A DNA stretch of 64,000 nt from Azolla caroliniana (Eukaryota > Plantae > Polypodiophyta). The notes under the pieces are model-generated. The model was not told where the DNA came from and searched no databases. It saw only the letters and a program-made list of their open reading frames with translations. Of this stretch, positions 22,722 to 32,815 are shown one piece after another; position 1 is the first letter of the stretch, and every line of letters starts with the position of its first letter. The stretch is taken from assembly GCA_043228905.1 (NCBI GenBank), contig JBHGNT010000006.1:15500001-15564000 (forward strand), written 5' to 3'. Position numbers and translations under genes: made by a program.

Positions 22722-24648
22722 ATGTCTCGCAAATCGGGGAGTAGCAACAGGTGTGTTTATATTACTTTTTTTGTGTTTAATCCTGTCTTTAGTGATTAGG
22801 GTTTGTGATTGAAATTTCTGATTAGGGTTTGTGATTGAAATTTCTGATTAGGGTTTTTGATTATAAATTTCTGACTAGAATTTCTGAATAGGGTTTCTGG
22901 TTACAAATTTTGATTACAAATTAGAATTTCTGAATAGGGTTTTTGTTTATAAATTTCTGCTTAGGATTTTTGATTAGGGTTTGTGATTGAAATTTTTTAT
23001 TAGGGTTTCTGATTGAAATTTCTGATTAGGGTTTTTGATTATAAATTTCTGATTAGAATTTCTGAATAAGGTTTCTGGTTACAAACTTCTGATTACAGAT
23101 TTTGATTAGGGTTTCTGATTTCAAACTTCTGATTACAGATTTTGATTAGGGTTTCTGATTTCAAATTTCTGAATACAAATTATGATTAGGGTTTCTGATT
23201 TGCTAAGTTAAAGATTTTGCACCATTTTTGTTGTTGTTGATTGGGGTTTTTGATTCTCACATATTCTGATTTTGCACTATTTCTGATTTCTGAAATGATA
23301 TTTCAGATGGCTCGTTCCTCCGTATACGAGAGTGCTAAACTTCGCAAAATTTTGCGAGACAAAGGAGGACTTCCACAACACCTATGGTCTGTCACTCGAG
23401 GGTGTTGACCCTGCTGTCCTAAGTGATAAATTGATCAGTGATATAGACTGGATGACAGTATATACAGTGCCTAGAGTCAAAGGCAAGGTCAAGCTGAAGC
23501 ATGTACGAGCCGACTTGTACGATGACTGCATGAGACTGCACCAGAAAGTTCATCAGGAGATCCCAGTCAACAATGAGTTGTCAGTTTCATTTGCTAGAGC
23601 ATTTGCATATGAGTACTGCAAAACAGCGAAGGAATCTAGAGACCCTGAAATGTATAGGGTAGCTTGGGCAGTCTATGGTGAGGCATCGGTAAAAAGATGT
23701 CGAAAGATGGGGACCTTGGCACAAAAAATAGACAGATTTTGGAGCATGGCAGCTGTTGATGCAACTGCCGACTCCCAGCAAGACCGGGGGCATACACCAC
23801 ACCGACACCCAAGGAAAGCCAATGTCGATGATACAGGTGAGACATTGGTTAGCTATATGCTAAAAAATGTCCATGAAGCCTGTGAGACATTGGCATTTTT
23901 TAAGACTGATTTAGAGAAAGCCACAATGGCTTCTGCAATGGAGAGCAAAGTTACTTCTGCTGTTACAACAATTAGAAATAAGATTCAGGTAACTATTGTT
24001 TTGCTGGTATGTGATTGTGTTATAAATAACGGGTAAAATGTGCTAATCAAGCATTATCTGGAATAGGTTGCGCAACAGGAGCTTGAATTAGAGGGGCCAC
24101 TGGATCCCCAGAGTAAAATAGAACTGCAAATAGAGATCCAGGTTCTTTCAATGAACCTGGACCTTCTAGGTGTAAATACTGTTGCAGATTACAATTTGGA
24201 TAAGCTTCAAGTAAGTTAACGATTCCTGAGCAAAGTTGGTGTATCTTTCAACAACAAGAATAATTAATCGGTAAATTTCTCTATTGCGTTGAAGGAACAA
24301 TACATTCATCAAGAACAGGTAGTTAGCTGCCTTAAGAAGAAGCTACATTTTGTGGAGGGAATGGTAAGGACCAGACAGGATTTGGACCTGAACATTCTTG
24401 CTCCCTTACCAAATGAAGTAGAACCAGAAAATGATTTATTGACAGTTCAAGCACGTTGCATCGCTTGCGGGTTAGGTGTGGAGGACAAAACTGCGTCTTT
24501 GTTGGTTCACCTACAACCATGCAACCAAACATACCATCTGCTTTGTTTTCAACATGCCTGTCGAATTGCTGCATTCTGTTTGGGAGATTGCAGTACAACT
24601 CTACCAAATGAGTGGAGAAAACAAACAGGTATACCATACTGTAGCTAA
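22722..24648 (+). CDS. Accessory gene (~402 aa): unknown N-terminal domain, coiled coil, RING-H2-like finger. Predicted exons 22722-22750, 23307-23988, 24067-24210, 24295-24648
   Basis: All three GT-AG introns are phase-consistent and give an uninterrupted frame (MSRKSGSSNRWLVPPY...). The C-terminus reads CIAC..PCNQTYHLLC..C..C, with the fourth ligand H replaced by Q. Confidence 0.8.
22790..23205. repeat. Intronic degenerate array of telo-box-containing units (GATTAGGGTTT)
   Basis: Many TAGGGTTT copies (reverse complement AAACCCTA) inside intron 22751-23306. Confidence 0.8.
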
Positions 24649-24649
24649 T

Positions 24650-26235
24650 AAGCTTAGTCTTTTCTAATTAGCTATCCTACTAGCTAATTAGCTACTGGCA
24701 GCTAATGAGCTACTAGCTAATTAGCTATCCTAGTAGCTAATTAGCTATGGTACTAGCTAATTAGCTAGTACCATAGTTGTGTAAAAAAGCTAAATAGCTA
24801 TCCTACTAGCTAATTAGCCACTGGCAACTAATTAGCTATCCTAGTAACTAATTAGCTACTGCCATAGTTGTGTAAAGTAGCTAATAAGCTATCCTAGTAG
24901 CTAGTTAGCTATGGTACTAGCTAATTAGCTAGTACCATAGTTGTGTAAAAAAGCTAATTAGCTATCCTACTAGCTAATTAGCTACTGGCAACTAATTAGC
25001 TATCCTACTAGCTAATTAGCTATCCTACTAGCTAATTAGCTATCATAGTAGCTAATTAGCTACTGACATAGTTGTGTAAAGTAGCTAATAAGCTATCCTA
25101 GTAGCTAGTTAGCTATGGTACTAAAAAAAGCTAATTAGCTATCCTACTAGCTAATTAGCTACTGGCAACTAATTAGCTATCCTACTAGCTAATTAGCTAT
25201 CATAGTAGCTAATTAGCTACTGACATAGTTGTGTAAAGTAGCTAATAAGCTATCCTAGTAGCTAGTTAGCTATCCTAGCTACTACCATAGTTAGTAAAGT
25301 AGCTAATTAGCTATCCTAGCTACTACCATAGTTGAGTAAAGTAGCTAATTAGCTACCATAGTAGCTAATTAGCTATCCTAGCTACTACTATAGTTGTGTA
25401 AAGTAGCTAATAAGCTATCCTACTAGCTAATTAGCTATCCTAGTAGGTAATTAGCTATGGTACTAGCTAATTAGCTAGTACTATAGTTGTGTAAAAAAGC
25501 TAATTAGGTATCCTACTAGCTAATTAGCCACTGGCAACTAATTAGCTATCCTAGTAACTAATTAGCTACTGCCATAGTTGTGTAAAGTAGCTAATAAGCT
25601 ATCCTAGTAGCTAATTAGCTACTAGGATAGATAATTAGCTATCCTAGTAGCTAATTAGCTATCCTACTAGCTAATTAGCTACTACCATAGTTGAGTAAAG
25701 TACCTAATTAGCTATCCTACTAGCTAATTAGCTACTACCATAGTTGAGTAAAGTACCTAATTAGCTATCCTACTAGCTAATTAGCTACTGGCAACTAATT
25801 AGCTATCCTAGTAGCTAATTAGCTATCCTACTAGCTAATTAGCTGCTGGCAACTAATTAGCTATCCTACTAGCGAATTAGCTATCCTAGTAGCTAATTAG
25901 CTATCCTAGTAGCTACTGCCATAGTTGTGTAAAGTAGCTAATAAGCTATCCTAGTAGCTAATTAGCTACTGGCAGCTAATTAGCTATCCTAGTAGCTAAT
26001 TAGCTACTGGCAGCTAATTAGCTGTCCTAGTAGCTAATAAGCTATCCTAACTACTACCATAGTTGAGTAAAGTACCTAATTAGCTATCCTAACTACTACC
26101 ATAGTTGAGTAAAGTACCTAATTAGCTATCATACTAGCTAATTAGCTATCGTACTAGCTAATTAGCTATCGTACTAGCTAATTAGCTATCCTAGCTTCTA
26201 CCATAGTTTAGTAAAGTAGCTAATTAGCTATCCTA
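24650..26235. repeat. Dense minisatellite of the palindrome (T)AGCTAATTAGCT(A)
   Basis: Dozens of copies with variable spacers (atcctact, actggca, actaccatagttgtgtaaagt). Confidence 0.95.
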
Positions 26236-26257
26236 AATAACTGTCATGTTATTGTAG

Positions 26258-26793
26258 AATCTTGTGGATTAAGGACGGCACATGATGTGTCTGGTGCTGA
26301 TGATGCTGCAACAGATGAGGATACTACTGCCAATGTGGCTGAAAGTAAGAGTCCTGCTATCACATCGCCTTCAGATCAGCTGCACCCTATTCTTTTGGAA
26401 CAGTGTACTGAATTAGGCAACGATGTGAAATGCCATGAAATAGTGGAAACAACATGTAAAATTGAGGTTCACAACAACAGTGTTTATGAACACTTGATGC
26501 AACATTTCTTCGAGTCTCAAGACCTTGATTCCACCCCACCGAGCCCAACTACTGAAAATGTCCAAACAGATCCCTCTGTACTTGAAAAGCTAGTTCAAGA
26601 AACGGCTGATGTGCAATTAGCTGCTGAGGCGATGGGAAGGTTGTCGGAGGAGGACACACTTGCGCATTGGGTCCTAGAAGCAAGGCTAAATGGGGAACCA
26701 ACCAGAAAAAGGCTGAAGAAGGGGCCACGATCGGGAACAAGACCAGTTACTCGGTCAAGGGGCCCAGACGTAGTGGAGCGAAATACTGTTTAG
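26258..26793 (+). CDS. Acidic exon with basic tail, probably spliced onto the RING gene through intron 24629-26257
   Basis: Donor ACAG|GTATAC (24628/24629) and acceptor TTGTAG|AA (26257/26258) are both phase 1 and join in frame. Confidence 0.55.
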
Positions 26794-26833
26794 TTGGATA
26801 TGATTGTTAGCTTAGGGATTTTGCTAGGGTTTT

Positions 26834-27754
26834 ATGAAGTTTTACTATCCTGTTGGCCCCATCTTGAAAGTAGATGTAGCAACTGACACAAGTGATCTGG
26901 TCACACAAGTTGATCAAGCATGTAGCACGGATGACTTGGTGTTGCAGGTAGATGCAGCATGTGATACCAGTGGACTGATATCGAGCAGAACAGTAGCTAC
27001 ATGCACTGAGGTAATCCAAGGATTGATAACTAAGTCGACAAAACAAGAGCACTAGAATGTGAAGCTAGGCCCAACACAGTCGACTAGGGGTTTAAAGAGG
27101 AAAAGGACACCAGTTGTGTCAGCCGAACCTGAGCTGATTGAGATTGATCGTATCCTACCAGAAAATGGTGTAACAGCGGCTCAGTTTCAGGAATGGAAAC
27201 CTAAACCACTAGAAGTCGAAAGAAGAGCCTTGATCTTGGAGCTCGATAAAGTCTTGATGAGTGTGAGATATATGCAGCCAAGGAGGGACGCAAATCAGTT
27301 TCTAGAGTGGGCTGTGGAATACTTTGATTTGTTTATTTGGAGTGAAAAACCAAAATCAGATGTGTGGAAGTGTTTGGCAAGATTCTTCCCAAAATGGCGA
27401 AGTCGTTTTAAAGGTCAATGGGCACGAGAAAATTGTGAGCAGATGGAAGCTGCAAGATTCAAGAGACTTTCTGATTTTTGGGCTACTTGGCCTGAATATA
27501 ATGCCGACAATACATTGATTTTGGATACAGAACATTTCCGACACTACTTCAATATTCGGAGATGTTGTCTCATTCTACCCGAGGAAATGCCTGAACAGTA
27601 CCTGGTGCAAACAGTGAGCTGCCAACTAGGTGCATGGTTGTGGACTCCATACCGAGCTCAATATGCGGATAATATATGTAGACTCGTTCCACTGACTAGC
27701 AAGAGCTTAGCTGTTTATAGGAGATTTGTAGACATTTCCAATGGTAATTTATAA
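26834..27754 (+). CDS. FCP1/SCP (NIF) HAD phosphatase-fold protein with altered catalytic motif; TAG at 27053 lies upstream of the domain
   Basis: LILELDKVL (in place of DLDxT), R..FLEW..FDLFIWS, WARENC, K.L..FW and YNADNTLILD match the FCP1-homology motif order. Confidence 0.72.
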
Positions 27755-27899
27755 ATATGTAAAGAGATGACATTATTCAATGAAGAATTTAATTACTTGT
27801 TCCCACTGTACTTATCTACTGTGTAATTTGAGGAATATGTTGCAGATTGTTGATTTCATTCTATTGATGACTATTTAGCTATTGACAGCTAATTAGCTG

Positions 27900-28666
27900 C
27901 ATTTGTACAGCTAATTAGCTGCATTTGTACAACTAATTAGCTACTGATGACTATTTCGCTATAACTTATAACTTAAAACTTAACAAAAAAGACATGATTT
28001 TATTGAGAAAGAAGCACAGAAAGCAGACTGTATACAAGAAATTGATTCCAAACGAATTATTGATCTGTTTTCGCGAAATACATGTTTGTTTTACAAGAGA
28101 ACATGGTAAGTGCTACTTGTAGCTACAAATTCCATGGCATACTATTGTAAATACATTTGTACAGCTAAGTAGCTGCATTTGTACAGCTAATTAGCTACTG
28201 ATGACTATTTCGCTATAACTTATAACTTAAAACTTAACAAAAAAGACATGATTTTATTGAGAAAGAAGCACAGAAAGCAGACTGTATACAAGAAATTGAT
28301 TCCAAACGAATTTATTGATCTGTTTTCGCGAAATACATGTTTGTTTTACAAGAGAACATGGTAAGTGCTACTTGTAGCTACAAATTCCATGGCATACTAT
28401 TGTAAATACATTTGTACAGCTAAGTAGCTGCATTTGTACAGCTAATTAGCTACTGATGACTATTTCGCTATAACTTATAACTTAAAACTTAACAAAAAAG
28501 ACATGATTTTATTGAGAAAGAAGCACAGAAAGCAGACTGTATACAAGAAATTGATTCCAAACGAATTTATTGATCTGTTTTCGCGAAATACATGTTTGTT
28601 TTACAAGAGAACATGGTAAGTGCTACTTGTAGCTACAAATTCCATGGCATACTATTGTAAATACAT
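27900..28666. repeat. Three tandem copies of a 254-255-bp unit covering the transposase stop codon and 3' region
   Basis: ctactgatgactatttcgct recurs at 27941, 28195 and 28450. Confidence 0.9.
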
Positions 28667-31600
28667 TCATACACATTAGCACCAATAGTGTATAAACCGG
28701 AGCAGCTATTGTATTCTGACATTGGGACGTTGATGCATCTGACCAAATGAGAGTACATATACGCCGTTGGTTTGTCTTCTAACAGCCTGTACACATATTC
28801 GTAGTCATCTAGTTTTGCATAAAAAATGCCTTCGATGTAGAATGTCCCGGCAGATACAAAATTTCCCCATGCATCTACAATATTCTGCCTTGCACACTGT
28901 TTACTAACCGTGCACTTTAATATATAGAAATCAGCACCCTCTGAATTGCCTTCTTCAGCATTTACAGCGAAGTTATCCCCAACGTTCAGGACATCACTCA
29001 AAGTATCTCCAAGTCCCTCATATGTGAAGTCAGCATTCTGCCCTGTTTCTCCATCAACTGCTTCCTTATCATTCAGAGTGTGATACTCCCAATTCTGAAT
29101 GTATGCTTTGTTTAGACAATATCTCCAATTTCCCTGCACACAATGGAAGCAAAAACAAGTCAATTCTCTAACCGCAATACAATGACCATCCAACCTGGAA
29201 TAACCGCGAACAGCATGCAGAGATCGCAATTCGGGAATTCCTTGGCACTCCCAGGTCTTCTCCCTATTTACTTCATCTATCTTCACTTCCCAAAATTCAC
29301 GTTTGATATCTCGAACTTGCGAGGAATAAACACCTGTGGCACTCGTCGACATATTTGCTCTTAAAAATTCAACTACACAATATTGAATCTAATAAATAAC
29401 TCATGGAAGAGATAACGTGCTCAGATGATTTACACTCCTCTTGCGGGCTTGATCGACAGATTGGGCACCCACATGTGCAAACTGTATTAGTTAGGGATGC
29501 ACTATGGTGACGTAGTAGATTAACAGAGTCCTTCAGAAAACCCATCTGTACATGGTAAATGCAACAACATGTGTATCGATCCTTTAAGCGTCTCACAAAG
29601 TGTGGCTTAAGAGACTCGAATGTTCGTAGTTGAACTTTGATAGTTGGATGCATTCGTTTGAACCTAATAAATAAATCGACCTGCGTAATAAAGGGGAATT
29701 AGTTATTCTCGTAACTAGCTAACTATCCTAGTAGCTAATTAGCTATTCTAGTAGCTAGTTAGCTATTCTAGTAGCTAGTTAGCTATTCTAGTAGCTAATT
29801 AGCTATCATGGTAGCTAATTAGCTGTCCTAGTAGCTAATTAGTTGTCCTAGTAGCTAATTAGCTATCATGGTAGTTAATTAGCTGTCGTAGTAGCTAATT
29901 AGCTATCATGGTAGCTAATTAGCTATTCTAGTAGCTAATTAGCTATCATGGTAGCTAATTAGCTGTCGTAGTAGCTAATTAGCTATCATGGTAGCTAATT
30001 AGCTGTCCTAGTAGCTAATTGGTTGTCCTAGTAGCTAATTAGTTATCATGGTAGCTAATTAGCTGTCGTAGTAGCTAATTAGCTATCATGGTAGCTAATT
30101 AGCTGTCGTAGTAGCTAATTAGCTATCATGGTAGCTAATTAGCTGTCCTAGTAGCTAATTAGTTGTCCTAGTAGCTAATTAGCTATCATGGTAGCTAATT
30201 AGCTGCTCTAGTAGCTAATTAGCTATCATGGTGGCTAATTAGCTTTCCTAGTAACTAATTAGCTATCATGGTAGCTAATTAGCTGGTCTAGTAGCTAATT
30301 AGCTATCATGGTGGCTAATTAGCTTTCCTAGTAACTAATTAGCTATCATGGTAGCTAATTAGCTGGTCTAGTAGCTAATTAGCTATCGTGGTAGCTAATT
30401 AGCTGTTCTAGTAGCTAATTAGCTATAATGGTGGCTGATTAGCTTTCCTAGTAACTAATTAGCTATCATGGTAGCTAATTAGCTGGTATAGTAGCTAATT
30501 AGCTATCATGGTAGCTAATTAGCTATCACGGTGGCTAATTAGCTGTCCTAGTAACTAATTAGCTATCATGGTAGCTAATTAGCTGGTCTAGTAGCTAATT
30601 AGCTATAATGGTGGCTAATTAGCTATCCTAACTAATTAGCTATCATGGTAGTAGCTATTGAGAGTAGCCAGTTACCTATGTAGTAGCTATCATAGTAGCT
30701 AATTAGCTATCATGGTAGCTAATTAGCTTTCCTAGTAGCTAATTAGCTGGTAATAACGAAATAGCTAACTAGCTAGCAGTACAGCTAATTATCTTGTAGT
30801 ACCTAAATTAGCTATTGAGAATAGCTAATTAGCTATCATGGTAGTAACTATTGAGAGTAGCTAGTTACCTATGTAGTAGCGATCCTAGTAGCTAACTGAG
30901 GTAAATGTAACTGATAAGCTAATTAGCTTTTCTGCTAACTGAGCTAATTAACTTTCCGAGTAGAGTCAAAACAAATGTTGAGATAAATGTAAATACCTGA
31001 GGTACATCAAGAAGATGAATGGGATGCTCCTCGTATTGATTTCTTCCAACACGTTTCCTGCATAAATCCTTTTTATTGGGTGAAACCCTACTCTCATTAG
31101 TCCAAAACATTGTGATTACATCCTTGATTTCAAATGTTATGGGTGTCATTGGCTTACATCTTGTAGTTAGCTTTAGTAGACTAGTTCCTTCACCCGAGGA
31201 AATTATACGGTTCATTGTATTGTACACTGTTTTTCTACTAACACCAATTACCTTAGATAGCTCACTGATGTTTATATCGTCAACATCACTATTAAGTAAC
31301 ATCATTAGACTAGACCTTTTTAAGACAAGATCATCTTCTGACCTGCTCATGGATACGAAACTATTACGAAGATTATTTACTAAAATAGATGATATGTTTG
31401 CATTAAGACCATCACAATCAACTAAGTCCTTTATCGATGGATCATTACATATTCCATAAAGTACTACCTTCTTTTCTTCATTGCTGATGTGCTTGGTTTG
31501 AACATTGAAATAGTCTACAACCTTTCTCTCTATGATGGTAGTCGCATTACTTACATTCTCAGCTAAACTATCCTTACCTTTACTGAGTGTGGCTTTCGTA

Positions 31601-31746
31601 TCCTTCAACAATTGACGATGTTTCCTTTTTTTTTCTGCCCAATAGTTTCGTATGGCTTGTTGTGTCCTGATAACATCATCCCTATCCTTATGATCATTGA
31701 GGGGTAATTCTAAACACCCTTCTTCCCCTTCCATTTGGCTAGACAT
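28633..31746 (-). pseudogene. Sola2-like transposase lacking its DDD core. Exon 1 is 31746-30997, intron 30996-29681, exon 2 starts at 29680, deletion junction at ~29370
   Basis: A phase-0 splice gives HLLDVPQ|VDLFIRFKRMHPTIKVQLRTFESLKPHFVRR...TCCCIYH. The C-terminal part has IPELRSLHAV...RELTCFCFHC. No catalytic core lies between them. Confidence 0.75.
29715..30945. repeat. 20-bp-period tandem array gtagctaattagct(atcatg/gtccta) filling the transposase intron
   Basis: Strict 20-bp register from ~29731 to 30620, degenerating afterwards. Confidence 0.95.
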
Positions 31747-32079
31747 GTTAAAACCCTAAATTTCCAGAAAAAAAAACAAGTATTAAAGATGGCTATGGGC
31801 AACAACAATACACAAAAATATTCCACACAATACACAAGATTAGACACAACAATACACAAGATAATCAATAGACAGAAAAGTTATTGCAATCCAAGACCGA
31901 ACAGTAGAGGATTTCACTCTGTTGGATCCAACAGTTGAGGAGGCGATCCAAGACCGACCAATGGCAACAACTGAGTGTAGAATGTTGCCGTTGGATGAGT
32001 GAACTCCGTCAAATCAAAATGTGGAAGCAATCCGGGACTGGATAGTAGTGGCAACTGAGTATAGAATGATGGCAATGGA

Positions 32080-32815
32080 GGAGAGAACCCCGTCAGATTG
32101 AACAGTTACCGATGATGCTTGAAACGCACATAGAAGGCACTTGAGAATAGAGTGGCATAGAGAAGAGAACCCCGTCAGATTGAACAGTTACCAATGATGC
32201 TTGAAACGCACAGTAGCGGCCCCTGAGTGAGAGTGGAAAAGAGAAGAGAACCCCGTCAGATTGAACAGTTACCAATGATGCTTGAAACGCACAGTAGCGG
32301 CCCCTGAGTGAGAGTGGAAAAGAGAAGAGAACCCCGTCAGATTGAATAGCTCTTTGATTATGCTTGGAACGCACAGTAGCAACCCCTGAGTGTAGAGTGG
32401 CAAAGAGAAGAGAACCCCGTCAGATTGAACAGCTCTTTGATGATGCTTGGAACGCACAGCAGCGGCCCCTGAGTGTAGAGTGGCACAGAGAAGAGAACCC
32501 CCTCAGATTGAACAGCTCTTTGATGATGCTTGGAACGCACAGTAATGGCCCCTGAGTGTAGAGTGGCACAGAGAAGAGAACCCCCTCAGATTGAACAGCT
32601 CTTTGATGATGCTTGGAACGCACAGTAATGGCCCCTGAGTGTAGAGTGGCACAGAGAAGAGAACCCCGTCAGATTGAACAGTTCTTTGATGATGCTTGGA
32701 ATGCACAGTAGTGGCCCCTGAGTGTAGAGTGTCATAGAGAAGAGAACCCCGTCAGATTGAGCAGCTCTTTGATGATGCTTGGAACGCACAGTAGCGGCCC
32801 CTCAGTGTAGAGTGG
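32080..32815. repeat. Nine tandem 81-83-bp repeats upstream of the transposase
   Basis: agaacccc(g/c)tcagattga recurs at ~32084, 32166, 32247, 32328, 32411, 32494, 32577, 32660 and 32743. Confidence 0.92.

Noticed and set aside
23307-23410. ATG at 23307 as the RING gene start, which would imply a frameshift
   Set aside because: The upstream exon 22722-22750 splices in phase 2 and gives an open frame with no frameshift.
22722-27754. RING and phosphatase ORFs as resident host genes
   Set aside because: They lie between TIRs with a TSD inside a Copia RT, so they are transposon cargo.
32080-32815. CRISPR-like appearance of the 83-bp and 20-bp arrays
   Set aside because: No unique spacers, no cas genes, and the context is eukaryotic.
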